The translations under genes and the position numbers were made by a program. A stretch of 63,711 nucleotides of DNA, filler included, from Octopus bimaculoides (Eukaryota): NCBI RefSeq assembly GCF_001194135.2. It is 7 parts of 7 records of this genome, joined end to end, with 100 filler letters (N's around TTAATTAATTAA, not from the genome) between each part and the next. Parts side by side here need not be neighbours in the genome. Positions count along the whole stretch, not along the records: positions 10,357 to 38,344 come from NC_069000.1; 6 more parts are not named here. One strand, 5' to 3'. Positions 11,347-24,850 of the stretch are shown here, one piece after another. A model generated the notes under the pieces. The model was given only the letters and a program-made list of their open reading frames with translations. It was not told the DNA's origin and made no database searches. The first letter of the stretch is position 1. Each line of letters opens with the position of its first letter.

Positions 11347-12371
11347 AATGAACACACACCATAATTATGATCTTTTAATTAAGTGATATATGTTCATTTA
11401 TGTAAGTATGTATGTGTAAGTATGTATATATATATATATATAAATTATTCATTCAAGATTTTCATTTACTTTTCCACCAACCTGTCTTGAAAAAGAAAGT
11501 CAAATGAATAGATAAATAAATTGAAACATCACAGTTAGATATAATATAAATAGCAACAACAAGAATTATTATGCATGTTACATGGCTGCAGTCTAGAGAA
11601 AAATTACACAGAAATAGACTTGGTATTGCTATGATATTTTTGTGAGTGTTTCTTAAGACATCTCTTATATATATATATATATATATATAGTTCAAAAAAA
11701 CAAGCAATATCTGTGTCTATTGAAATAAGAAAACTAGAGAAGAAAAATGAAAAATTTTAATAAGAAATGCAATTTGAATGACAGAGAATCACAATGATTG
11801 TAAAAGAGATAAGGCTTGTGTTTCGAGAGAGGTAATAGTGGTTCCTTAAGTAGTCATGNNNNNNNNNNNNNNNNNNNNNNNNNNNNNNNNNNNNNNNNNN
11901 NNNNNNNNNNNNNNNNNNNNNNNNNNNNNNNNNNNNNNNNNNNNNNNNNNNNNNNNNNNNNNNNNNNNNNNNNNNNNNNNNNNNNNNNNNNNNNNNNNNN
12001 NNNNNNNNNNNNNNNNNNNNNNNNNNNNNNNNNNNNNNNNNNNNNNNNNNNNNNNNNNNNNNNNNNNNNNNNNNNNNNNNNNNNNNNNNNNNNNNNNNNN
12101 NNNNNNNNNNNNNNNNNNNNNNNNNNNNNNNNNNNNNNNNNNNNNNNNNNNNNNNNNNNNNNNNNNNNNNNNNNNNNNNNNNNNNNNNNNNNNNNNNNNN
12201 NNNNNNNNNNNNNNNNNNNNNNNNNNNNNNNNNNNNNNNNNNNNNNNNNNNNNNNNNNNNNNNNNNNNNNNNNNNNNNNNNNNNNNNNNNNNNNNNNNNN
12301 NNNNNNNNNNNNNNNNNNNNNNNNNNNNNNNNNNNNNNNNNNNNNNNNNNNNNNNNNNNNNNNNNNNNNNN

Positions 12372-12399
12372 TGATGGTTCCTGCTTTCATAAGGAGGTG
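12372..12399 (-). CDS. start of a downstream exon of unidentified gene B (continues into the N gap)
   Basis: Pyrimidine-rich acceptor TTGTTATTAG|CA CCT CCT TAT GAA AGC AGG AAC CAT; phase 1 matches the preceding exon (..SHA-APPYESRNH..). Confidence 0.55.
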
Positions 12400-12584
12400 C
12401 TAATAACAATGGTGATAAAAATAATAACAACGGATGAAATATTATAAAGAATAAAATGAAATGATGATTTAAAAAAAAAAAAATCACTCAAGAAAATTCT
12501 TTTCTTCTCTCTTTTTTTTGTTTTTCTGTTTTTTTTTTAAATGAATAAATGAGTCAATCAATAAATACGTAATGCAATAGTTAC

Positions 12585-12714
12585 CAGCATGTGACGAGGA
12601 CGGCCAATGGGTGGATGCTGTTGTGGTGGTCAAATCAGCAGCAGAAGACTGGTTGTCGTGTCCATCTCCTCCATGAGAGCTACTGTTCAGTGGCGTCGGA
12701 CCATTCTCATCCGT
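12585..12714 (-). CDS. 130-bp internal coding exon of unidentified gene B (Ser/Thr/Gly/His-rich)
   Basis: Acceptor TTTCATTTCAG, donor CTG|GTAACT. Only one open frame: TDENGPTPLNSSSHGGDGHDNQSSAADLTTTTASTHWPSSSHA. GC-rich island in AT-rich flanks. Confidence 0.7.
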
Positions 12715-12729
12715 CTGAAATGAAACACA

Positions 12730-12761
<32 letters not shown>

Positions 12762-12964
12762 TAATTAAATGAAATAACTTGCTGAGGGTCTTAAAAATCA
12801 AACCACAAAACGGTGATAAAATGTTCAACTGATTTCAAAATAGGAAGATGCAGTTTGAAAGAGATTTGGATGTTATTTCTTGCAGGTCAAGAAACTGTCT
12901 AGAGGAGGTATGTGGAACCTATTTTGAGAAGTGGGTCACATGAGACATGGCTCATTATTTAGCA

Positions 12965-13320
12965 AGACATCATCATCATCATCATTTAATGTCTGTCTTC
13001 CATGCGGACATGGGTTGAATGGTTTGATGGGAGCCGGAAAGCCAGAGGATTGCACCAAGCACCACTGCCTGTTTTCGCATGGTTTTTTTTTTTTTTTTTA
13101 CAGCTGGATGCCCTCCCTATTGCCAACCACTTTACAGAATGGACTGGGTGCTTTTTTACATGATACCAGCATCAGTGAGGTCTGTTTTGGCATTGTTTTC
13201 ATGGATGCCTTTTCTAATGCCAACAACTGTACAGAGTGAATTGGGTGTTTTTTATGTGGCATCAGCACTGGCGAGGTCTGTCTGGTATAGTTTTTATGGC
13301 TGGATGCCCTTCCTACCAAG
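12965..13320. mobile_element. SINE family 3 copy
   Basis: (CAT)n-TTAATGTC..TTCCATGC..CATGGGTT..ATGGTTTGA...GGATGCCCT motif shared with 22640-22830, 38445-38760, 53842-54295 and 55385-55600. Confidence 0.7.
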
Positions 13321-14309
13321 TGTTTCATTAGCTGTCAGTGATTCTAAATGTTTCTATGGATATAAAGAACCTAAGTGGAGTTAGATTCAGACCAGAGTAC
13401 TCTAATATCTTGGCCAGCATGTACTCATTTCTGCAGTAACAGTACTCACCTCCAGACAGGAGTAACTAATACATTGGTTAGTCCTTTCATTGCACTCATT
13501 TTAAATTATGCACTATGTGTGATGATAGCTGGTCATGCAACAACAGTTTATTATTATCATTACAGGATATTATTAAGGCAGCAGGCTGGCAGAATTGTTA
13601 GCACATTGGGCAAAATGCTTAGCAGCATTTTGTCCATCTTTACACTCTAAGTTCAAATTATTATTATTGCAGATTACAGCCACTGGATACAGTTATCAAC
13701 TATGTGGGCAATATCATACATAATTATCAATTATTTGACTCCTTTGTCTCTAAGAATGTAGCATCATCACCATTATTAATATAGATATAGTTGAGAGAAC
13801 AAGAAGCTTACAACTCATGATATTATGTTTGACCAATTGCAGAGAACCTTGGGAATGTGTGTACTATTACAACCTCAGATAGGACCAGTATTTTTTGCGT
13901 CAAAGCTTTCATAAACAGAAACTATAAAGAAGCTTTAAATATATATATATATATATATATTAGTCAATAACACATGTACTACAGTTAGTACTGGGATCAA
14001 TGTAATTGACTAAAACTCTAGAAAATATGCTCCAGCTTGGTCACAGTCTAACGATTGAAATCAGTAAAAGAAAACAGGAAAGAGTAGCAAAACAAATATT
14101 ACGTGGGTGGGGGTGAAACACTAAGTCAACTAATACTAGTCATCTATAAATTTCCCAAATTTCCCATAAGAGTCATGTCTGATTTCCATGCTGAGATATA
14201 TATCAGTGTGTATGAGTATGTATGTGTGTATGTATGTATGTTCATATGTATACACACACACACACAGATACATGTATATATCATCAATTTATATACACTT
14301 TCCATGTTA

Positions 14310-14345
<36 letters not shown>

Positions 14346-14351
14346 GCGTGT

Positions 14352-14382
<31 letters not shown>

Positions 14383-15807
14383 CATCCCCACCATCCTACA
14401 GCCATACCAAATCTATTTAATAAATTGTCGAAATGGTAAAAGAAGAAAAATAAATTGAAGCCATCAGGGAATTTCAGAGAAAGAAACTTGATATTTTTTC
14501 AAAAGAACATTTTTGAAACAGCAACATTTGAAAGAAATGGTAAGAGGGGATGAAGGAGAGAGGAGAGATATCTGAAATGGAAACTAAAAATAAATAAAAA
14601 CCAATTTATTCTAAAAATAAATCTATCTAAATCGATGCAATAAAAATTTAAATGTTTCAATATGAAAACGAACGCGATAGTTTGTTGCTAAGGAACTTGA
14701 AGTTGCCAGTTTGGCTGTTTTAATGTGGGTTAAATCCAAGAATAACAATACTGCCACCTTCTCACAGAATTCTCAAACATTCTGGAAACTTCTTGGCCAT
14801 CTTAGACTCTCTGCGACGTCTCAGTATTCTTTGTATTATTATTATTATTATTGTTGTTGTTGTTGTAGTTGCCAGCTCTGATCCAACAGACATATGATCA
14901 AACGCATTCAGCTGTGAGCATCAAGTTTCTTTTTTATTCAAACATAATACATCCTTAGAACTACATTATCTGAGGCACACTGACAGTAAACCATTGTAAC
15001 CTGGTGTGTTGATCAATTTAAGTAAATGTTTATAGTGTAATATTTTTTAACATGAAGGAAGGTTTTTCTCCCTCACTCAATTGTATGTCACTGTAGAAAC
15101 ACACATTGGTCCAATAGTATTACTAGCCATGCAGACCTATGATCAAAAATGTTCCAACCATAGTCAGTTTTTATTCAAAGACTAGACTAAGACAAAAATA
15201 AATCCAGAACTTCACAATTCAATGAGTTCTTTTTTCAAGTTGACACAAGATTCGAGGGATATCTGACAATCATTTGTAACAGATGGAGCAATATTAGAGA
15301 AACCTCTCTCAACAGCTATGGGTAAATATTACCTCCTTTGGAAATGTGTGAGGGTTGGTGACAGGAAGGGTATCCAGCCACAGAAAACCTGTCTCAGCAA
15401 ATTCAGTCTAAATCATGAAAGCATTGAAGAGTGGACATTAAAATGATGACGCTGATGAATAAGAATGGAAAACAGGATGAAGAATATGGTAAAGCAACAA
15501 AATGTGGTGGTGGTTGTAGAACAAGGGGAGAAGTGGGGACGATGTCTCCAACTGGAGAAGAATTGACAATGGACACACCCTATATTTTAATGTAAGATGT
15601 AATGGTGATTTAAATATCTGCCATGTTTATTATTCCATCTATCAATCAGATAATGTGAAGACGGCAACAAAGAATCAAAGAAAGATGATACATCATAAAG
15701 GAGACACAGGAGGGACGGGAGTAGGGGTGGCTGTATGCTGGAAAACTACCACTTGCACATAGCGGAATTATATATATATATTCATACATACATACATATA
15801 CACGTGT

Positions 15808-15848
<41 letters not shown>

Positions 15849-16006
15849 TTATATATCTCAGTTTAAATAAGAAACAGCTAAAAAAAAAAAAATGGAATGT
15901 ACTTTAAAAAAAGATTTTAGATATTTTTTCCTGATGTATCACAAAATAGCTAATCACAGACACATATCAAAACCATTATATATATATATATATACATGCA
16001 TGTATG

Positions 16007-16049
<43 letters not shown>

Positions 16050-16599
16050 CACACATCTTCCTTGATATTTTTGAGATGTTTGCATATGTGTATATACATA
16101 TATATGTACATTCACACAAATACATAATGTATATTCATGTATAAATACTTGTGTGGGTGTGGGTGTGAATGTGATATCCTCTAAATAATCTTACTATCTA
16201 CTTCCATATTTTAAAAGCCAAGACTGACAGAACATTTAAAAAGAGAACCATTATTGATTTAATATCCATTTTTCCAATGTTAGCATCATGTGTGGAGCAA
16301 ATCTCTATGTCTGCCATGTCTATTATTCCTTAGTTAAGGTTCTTTGAGAACCAATATTCTCAGACCTTGCCTAACAAGAGTCTCCCAGATTATTACAAAT
16401 CAACCTTTATTCCAACAATCTTCTGCTGTCAACATATAAAACACCCTATAAACCAACCATGGATTATGTCCCAGTCAGAAAAACACCTGATTAAGCTGCA
16501 GTTAACAACCAATTTTACTTAAACCCAGCGATTTTGATTCTATTAGAATTAAACCCTTCATGAAAATATTTGCGCTCTCTGCTTACATTTTACAGCTCT

Positions 16600-16945
16600 A
16601 ATGCATTCACTGCTCATATTTCATAATTAGACAACATTCATTGGCCATATTTCATGGCTACACAGCATTTACTCCTGTTTCACAGATACATAACATTCAC
16701 TGCTTATATTTCACAGCTACATAACATTTGTTGGTCATACCTCACATCTAGAGCATTCACACCCCATACTTCACAGCTGCATAACATTCACTCCCCATAT
16801 TTCACAGTTACACAACATTCACTGTCCATATCCACAGCCACACAGTATTTACTGCCCATATTTCACAGTCATAGTATTTACTGCCCATATTTCACAGTCA
16901 TAGTATTTACTGCCCATATTTCAGTCACACAACATTTACATAGCA
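16600..16945. repeat. ~29-31-bp minisatellite (about 11 degenerate units)
   Basis: Unit ATTTACTGCCCATATTTCACAGTCATAGT; three near-identical copies at the right end, more diverged copies to the left. Confidence 0.85.
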
Positions 16946-17347
16946 TTTGCTGTTTTTGTTTCAGCTATACATAAAAGGTGGAGCAGCAAGTGAGCTGAGA
17001 GTAGCTATGTATTAAGAGCATCATCCAATGGACACAAGGGAGACAACCAAACTGGAATGAAGGATTAATGTTTTGTGAAGGTTAGTTGACATTAGATGAC
17101 GACAAAGGAAGACCAACAAAAATCTCACAATGCTGGGCCTCAGAGACAGGCTGTACCACAATAAGTTGACAAGATATCTACATAGGCACAAGTGTGGCTG
17201 TATGGTAAGAAGCTTGCTTCCTAACCATGTGGTCTTGGGTTCAATCCCACACAGTCAGGCACCTTAGGCAAGTATCATCTTCTATGGCCCCAGGCCAGCA
17301 AAAGTCTTGTGAGTAGATATGGCAGAAGCAAACTAATGGAAGCCCAT

Positions 17348-17397
<50 letters not shown>

Positions 17398-17994
17398 ATT
17401 ACCATCACTTGACAACTGGTGTTGGTTTGTTTGTCTCCCATAACTTAGTGGTTTTGCAAATGAGACCAAAAGAGTAAGAACCAAGCTTTAAAAAAGGGTA
17501 TAAAGGCCAATTTGTTCAATTGAACTCTTAGAGGCGATGCCCCAGCATGGTCACAGTCCAATGAGTGAAACAAGTAAAAGATAAAGACATAGTTGCTAAA
17601 CTGGCCATAAATAAAAACCAAATTTTCCACAAATAACACCATACTGTTATAAAAAGAAGGAAGACATTATATAAGACAGTCTTCAATACATTATGCCTGA
17701 ATAAAAGGCATGATGGTCACAATTAGAGNNNNNNNNNNNNNNNNNNNAACAAGCTGGCACCTATGAGTAAGAACTCTGCCAAAGAGGAAACGGTACAAAG
17801 TAACAGAAATAGTAATAGAACCCCGCCCGAATGAGTTGGGTGGGGTGGGAGGGAAGAACATGCATTTTCATAATACTTAATGCTAAGAAAATGAAAATGG
17901 AAAGAATTTCCAACACTAAAGCCAAAAAATTTTCAGTCAATAAAACTGACGTCAATATTAAGGGTACTTTTTTTTTTTTGACAACTTTAGGAAA

Positions 17995-18195
17995 ATGAGT
18001 GTTAGTCTTCTATTCATATCTAGAATATTGTATAGGGAAAGTAAATCTGCCTCAGTATATCACTGGTACTGTTTTTCTTTTTTCAACTCCAGAAGAATGA
18101 CAGTCAGTCTTCTATTCACATCTAGACTATTTCATATTCCCCGCATCCAGTATTTCAGTGGTACTTTATTTTACTAGCCTCAGAAGAATGACCAG
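17995..18195. repeat. local ~100-bp tandem duplication
   Basis: AGTCTTCTATTCA.ATCTAGA, CAGTAT.TCA.TGGTACT and CAGAAGAATGAC each occur twice at similar spacing. Confidence 0.75.
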
Positions 18196-19203
18196 TAAAG
18201 TTAACCTCAGAGTGATTTCATCCCCTGTAAGTAACTCCTGAGTGATTTGATTTAAGAGGCGATCAAAAAACATCACTATTACCACCCGGGTCTTGACCCA
18301 ACCAGACAGCCTCTGCCACGTAGTCACCCTACTTGCTAGAAATAGCAGCCAAATTGCCGACAAACCTAACTCAACCATTAAAAAAAATTTTTTTTTTAGG
18401 TCACCTTAGATAATGTGATCCCAGGATACGACATTTCCGAAGAACAAACAAAAAAATTTAGCAACTAAAAGTAAAGTTTATTAAAATAAATAGAGAGAAC
18501 GGGGTAATACTTTTCATCTATTAAAAACCAAAATCTGAAGTAAATTTATGGAACAAGGGGAATAACTCATTTATAGTTTCGTCACTTCCCAAGTTAAATG
18601 GACTCCAGAAAATTCATTAAAAAAAAATCAATCCGATTTGTTTATTGAGCGATTCTGTGGAGTTTTATGTTGTCGTCTAGAAATTCCCCTTCCACTTAAA
18701 TATCAATTATGAGAAAGAATCTAGTCGGAGGTAAATGAGAAGTCTTGAAAAATTATACATTATTTTAACCAAGAAATGAATGAAATGAGGTGTCTGTGTG
18801 TGTCTAACATGGGCTGGGCAAAAGAGAGAAATTCTTGCATGTATATAAACTGAAGTATATCTACGAGAAATTTGGTGGGTGTATATAGGGCAGAGTACAG
18901 AGATATCTGGGTTTACATATAAGGCAAAATATAGTTAAGACAGAGATCTGATGGATGTATAAAGGGGAATGTGTGTGTGTGTGCGTGTGAGTGAGTGAGT
19001 GAGTGAGTGAGTGAGTGAGTGAGTGAGTGAGTGAGTGAGTGAGTGAGTGNNNNNNNNNNNNNNNNNNNNNNNNNNNNNNNNNNNNNNNNNNNNNNNNNNN
19101 NNNNNNNNNNNNNNNNNNNNNNNNNNNNNNNNNNNNNNNNNNNNNNNNNNNNNNNNNNNNNNNNNNNNNNNNNNNNNNNNNNNNNNNNNNNNNNNNNNNN
19201 NNN

Positions 19204-19260
<57 letters not shown>

Positions 19261-19606
19261 AAGAGAGAACAACTTTTGTATGTATTTGTGTGTGTGTATG
19301 TATGTATGTATGTATGCTAGAGCGAGTGTGTATGTAATTCTTGTCTACAAAAAAAAAAGGTAGGTTGACATTACAAAAGCAACGAGTTAAAAACAAAACA
19401 TGACATTTCTGCCAAGGTGCACATCTATACAATCAGTTAACAAGCAAGACAAAACAAACAAAAAGGAATGAAGAACAACGACAAAAGAAAAAGAAAAAGA
19501 AAACATTTACATACACGGAAAAAAAGAAAAGAAAAGAAAAAGAAAACTAGTATTTGTCGAGATAAAATAAACAATTGAGGGCAGACATATGTTGTGGTTT
19601 GGTGAC

Positions 19607-19614
19607 TATTTATA
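19607..19614 (-). promoter_or_regulatory. candidate TATA box (internal promoter?)
   Basis: Minus strand CCTATAAATAG in a unique CpG-containing island next to (AG)n; motif match only. Confidence 0.25.
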
Positions 19615-19689
19615 GGAGGATATAGGTTAAAGAACGTCGAGAAGTGAAGTAGCCTGACCTGACACAAACAAGAGGAGACACCGACCGAG

Positions 19690-19734
<45 letters not shown>

Positions 19735-19744
19735 NNNNNNNNNN

Positions 19745-19801
<57 letters not shown>

Positions 19802-22181
19802 AGGAGGGAAGCAGGCTTGTCAAACAGGCAAGTGCAGAAGACATACCAGCATGAATAGACGATGATGATGATGTAGCTTAGAATTTCATTCATAGGAATA
19901 TGTAAAAGGAGGAAATCAAGTAAAACATTTTATTGAATACGTTAAATAATGTTTACAAAAAAAAAAAAAACCCAACTGACATTCAAATACAAGTTCTCTT
20001 AATTGAATTACGTTTAATATATTAAATATACTAATTGCTTTATTCTGAATCCACAATGTCAACTGTGATCCGGGAGAGCCCATTGTTGAATACAGATTTC
20101 ATTTTTAACAGCTTCTACACCAAACTTGACTGTTTTCATTGAAAGTTGACACGATACTTGCAATAAGAAGTGAGTGGGACTAGCACAAGATCAGCCAGTG
20201 GTGGTGGTGGTGGTAGAATAGCAGTGATGGTGCTGGCGGAGATGGTAGTAATAACAGTTAAAAAAGCAGACAGGGACGAGCTGTCTTTTATCCTTGTAAC
20301 TTAGCAGTTTGGCAAAAGAGCCCAATAGAATAAGTACCAGGTTTGAAAGAAAAAAAATAGCAGTGGGGCAAGTCATTTGACTAAAATATTCGTCAAGGCA
20401 ATGCTCAAGCATTGGCCACAGTCTAATAAATTAATTTTTAAAATGGAGAAAAAACACAAAAAAAAAAAAACGTGAAGACATGGTATATGCAAAGACATCT
20501 TCACAATTGCTGAAGTGTGCACATGGAAGTATCAACACTTTCAAGTATCAACACTTCCATGTGGCACACTTGAACAATTGTGAAATCTCTTTACATAAAA
20601 CTATTCGTTGTCTTATTAAACCACAAATAATATTCATTCACCATTGTGGTATTGAGCACTCATTCTCACCAGTTGATATTATTAGTATACGTGCATATGT
20701 GTGCATGTACACACACACACATTAATATATACATTCTTATTATGATTTACATGGTCACACTTATTAACAGCTACAAATATACTGATGCCTTCAATTTTTA
20801 TATATGGCTGCATCCTTTTATATTTTCAGTCAAGAACTGAGAAGCTAATGGGAGTTGACAACCTATTTCCAGATCACAATACTTTATTTACCTAAGAGTA
20901 TCCGAGCCCTTTCTTTAAAAAGTTATTTTATTGTATTGATCCTGAAATTACATGTTTATTGATAACTCCTTCACTATATTCACAGACACCAGCATCTGTA
21001 TGAAACAATGGACCCCTCCTTCCAGAAAATTGAACTGAATTTTGGTCTAATATTTTATTCCTGTCCTAATTCAGCTAAAGGACTTGAGATGGAAATATAT
21101 TATACAAACACAGACAGCAAGGGGCTGTTCTTAAGGTGTATGAGATGGTAACATATTACATTACGGGAGACAGCAGGGGCTGCATGTGTTCATGGAAGTG
21201 CTTTAAGATGTATGTTTACAGATATGTACTAAGATGTGTGTATATCTAAGGAAGTGATCTCAGATGTGAGAGTGTGTTTATGGACGTAATGAGTGTTTAA
21301 TTAGATTAGCTTACACTGTCACCATAATGAAGAGTGTCTGTCTCAATTAGTGAACAATTTAAATATTCAGTTCAAATCAAATATGTTGAAGTGTGTGTTA
21401 GACATGGGAGCAGGGAATCAGATAAAATAAGTTCTCCAAATGAATTGTTAGATGCATGTGTACATGTACGCTTGTGTGTATATTGCTAGGTCTATATGTG
21501 TGTGCCTGTGTGTATACGGGTATGTCTATATGTATGTAATGGGTTAAGAACCAAAAACAAATACTACAAAATTTGAGGGTAAAGACCTAAAAACACAAAG
21601 ATTAGTGAAAAATGAGGGCATGTGACTGGTGTCTGGTTTACAAGCAGGAGAATTTGATAGTGTTATGGTGAACAATGGTATGAAATGGTAGCGTGTGATT
21701 TACAGTGGTTCGAGCAACTGGAAGCAGGCATTATATAATATGTTTATTAGATGACACATTTACAGCTCACACTTGACCTACTTCTAGTCTGAAACAAACA
21801 TAATTATGATTCTAAGTGCAGTTAGCATTGTCTTAAAGTTCTTAGAAACTAGCTTTTTGTGGTCTTCACATACAAACGTTGCTCTTAGTGCCATTAATAT
21901 GTAAACTAGTTTGGCCCTTGATCAGAATAGTAATAATGCTATCAGAGAGAAGTCAATGGTAGGATAGTAATGTTGCCAACAACAGTCAATGGTAGAACCT
22001 GTAGAATACCAAATAAAATCCCCTACAGTAATTTGGTACAGGCATGGCTGTGTGGTTAAAAAGGTTGCTCCCTAATACTGTGGTTTCAGGTTCAATCCCA
22101 CTGCACAAAAGCTTGAGCAGGTGTCTTCTATTATAGCCTCAGAACAATCAAAACTGAGTGAATTTGGTAGGTAGAAAAAAC

Positions 22182-22223
<42 letters not shown>

Positions 22224-22917
22224 CTCTTGGGTTCTGCAAAGGTTGTGAGCTACAAGCAATGCTGTTGTTGTCACTTTGGTCAACAATTAGTTTGCTCACT
22301 TTATATATCTGAAGACATGTGAAATAAGATCCCTTATTTGAAAACCAGGTATGGGTTAATGACAAATACAGCATCCAATCATAAAACAATGCCCTGGTAA
22401 TATATTCATCAAACTCAAACAAGCATGGAAAAACAAATGAACAAATTCTGTTTCATCCCTTTACATCTTAAGTTGAAATTCTGCCACAAACAGCTTTGCC
22501 TTGCATCATTCGGGGTTTGATAAAATAAGTAGCAGTCAAGTAATTGGGGTAAGGGATGAACTAATGAACTGCATCACTACCCAAGCTTTGTGGTCTGGGT
22601 ATCCGTGGCAAAAATCAAGATTAATGGTGTTTTAAATGTCAGTGTATCCATGTTGGTAACACATAAAAAGCACCCAGCACACACTTTAGAATGGCTGGTG
22701 TTAGGAAGGGCATCCAGCCACAGAAACCAAGTCAAATCAAACTGGAACTTGGTGCAGTTCTCTTGCTTGCCAGCTCTGGTCAAATCATTCAAGCCATGCT
22801 AGCATGGAAAACGGACATTAAATGATGATGATGATGGTGATGAAATGAAGATGCTCAAACAATTAAGCTAAGAAAACTGTTTGTCTCCGTGAATGACAGT
22901 GTAGTGCTCCATTATTC

Positions 22918-23144
22918 TAGCCATTAAACATTTAAACCAGTCACATCCGACCCAGATATTCTACTCATTTTATGTTCAAACCAGCCAGATCTGATCTCTC
23001 ACACCTACCCTACAATGTCATTCTAAAAATAAACAACTGCATCATCAAAATCTCAAAGCTATGAAATAATGTATCGTTAATACAAATTAATGTGAATAAA
23101 CAAGCATTATATTCAACAGAGTAATCTGAACACTAAAGGGTTAA
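22918..23144 (+). mobile_element. piggyBac-like (TTAA) MITE
   Basis: Ends CTAAAGGG|TTAA; the body is shared with 23749-23920 and, inverted, with 30391-30615. Confidence 0.7.
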
Positions 23145-23748
23145 AGACTGTGTCAACACAGGTATAGTGGGGGTGGTACGCTGTGGTGAGGTGGAGATGG
23201 GGGTAAAGATGATGATGGTGGATGTGATGGAATGGTGATATGGTGAAATGTTGATAGTGTGGTTTAGTAGTAATAGTTATGCAGTGTGGCAAAGAGAAGT
23301 AGAGGACCTGATAAATAGATACATTATGTAATTCATGGTATGTTTTACTACAGAAAGAGGAATACAGTAAGAGCCAGGCAGCCAGCCACAAAGACAAAGC
23401 AGACAGAGAGAGACAGAGACAGACAGACAGACAGCCAGCCATTATGTTCTATTTTGGTTTCCTCTATCTCAATATGTTCAAACATCTGTTGCATGTTAGA
23501 TTGAGTAAAAATACACAAACTTCACATGTTGAATGAAGAATGCCAAACTTAATTTGCATATTCACTAATTATTACCAGAAGAGCTTTAGTAAAAACATGC
23601 TAAAGTAATTTGTATGTTTAGTAATTACTACCAGAAGGGCTTCAGTAAAAACATGCAAAATACAACCAGGTGGTTTATTCTTTCATCATTAATCTTATGT
23701 CAAATCAACAAGGAAATGTTTGGATCAAAATATTTTAAAAAATAACTT

Positions 23749-23920
23749 TAACCCTTTAACATTTAAACTGGCCATATCAAGCCTAAATATTCTGTTTTAC
23801 ATTGAAAATGGTTAGATCCAGTCTCTCACATGTACCCTACAATTTCATTCTAAAAATACACAAAGCATTGTAATTTTGAAGTTATGATATAATGCATAAT
23901 TAATTCAAAACAATGTGCCA
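23749..23920 (+). mobile_element. piggyBac-like (TTAA) MITE, partial
   Basis: Starts TTAA|CCCTTTAACATTTAAACTGGCC; homologous to 22918-23144. Confidence 0.65.
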
Positions 23921-24156
23921 TGTAGAAAAAAAAGCACTGGTAATGGTGCCATGTAAAAACAACACCCAGTACACTTTGTAAATAAATTAAATCCTACCCC
24001 CACCCCCACTAATAAACATTTCTTCATTGTTAGACGGACAGACTATTTTTGTAGTGGAACATTTGTGTTTTTACAACTAAACCGATGTCTTTATTACTAA
24101 TCACTCAACCATGAAGTAGTAGAACTTCTTTTGTCAGTCAGGCAAACTGAAATAAG

Positions 24157-24238
24157 CAGAGTTAAGTACCTTGATCAGAAACACAATGCAGAGTTGAGTA
24201 CCTTGATTAAAGGCATAAGACAGAGTTAAGTACCTTGA
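24157..24238. repeat. three 18-bp direct repeats at 32-bp period with distinct spacers
   Basis: CAGAGTT(A/G)AGTACCTTGA at 24157, 24189 and 24221. Confidence 0.85.
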
Positions 24239-24499
24239 AGAGGAGTACAAAACAAGGGTTTAAGAATTGGAATTTAATAAGAATACTGTCAGCTTTTCAG
24301 CCCCAGCTAATAATGAGTTTGCATTCGTGTGAAATGTCGGCCATAAATCCGTCTGTAAAATTCCATTAAACTGTCATCTGCCAAAGACACTTTACAAAAA
24401 CAAAACGAATTCATGAAACAACAATGGAATCTCAAGTTAGTCGAACAATATAAAAAAATGAGTTCACTCCAACAGACATAACACAAACATGAAAGTCAT

Positions 24500-24850
24500 A
24501 GTGATCTTTCTGCTTCCAATTGTTACATCAGACACATAATTACAATGCTTTCTCACCAGTTAAATGCCATTCCAGCACTTTATAGTACAGATAAGCTATA
24601 CATACCACAAACTTGATGAGATGGGTACCAGAGCTCAAATTACCTCACAATGTCCATACAGGAACAAGGCAAAAATTTATAGACATGTTCCACCCATCTC
24701 TACTATTGATGCTCAATTCACTATGGCCATGCTGAACACAAGGTCATATCAGATGTTATATTTTGAAGACTTCCATACCCTAATGCAGAACAAAGACCAC
24801 TTGACTACATTGATGTTATTTGTAGAGACGCACATTTGAGGAGTACCTAG
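24500..24850 (+). mobile_element. possible Helentron relic (end of PIF1 helicase fused to AP endonuclease)
   Basis: NAFSPVK resembles YVALSRV. It is followed by the 91-aa ORF ..LDEMGTRAQI..FTMAMLNTRSY...FED....MLFVETH, which resembles the APE N-terminus (LN.RSL..H..D....L.ET). Judged by eye only. Confidence 0.35.

Noticed and set aside
15646-15760. Candidate exon AYSHPYSRPS of gene B
   Set aside because: The acceptor is plausible, but there is no convincing phase-0 donor to join the 12714 exon.
24157-24238. CRISPR array
   Set aside because: Eukaryotic context, 18-bp repeats, 14-bp spacers, only three units and no cas genes.
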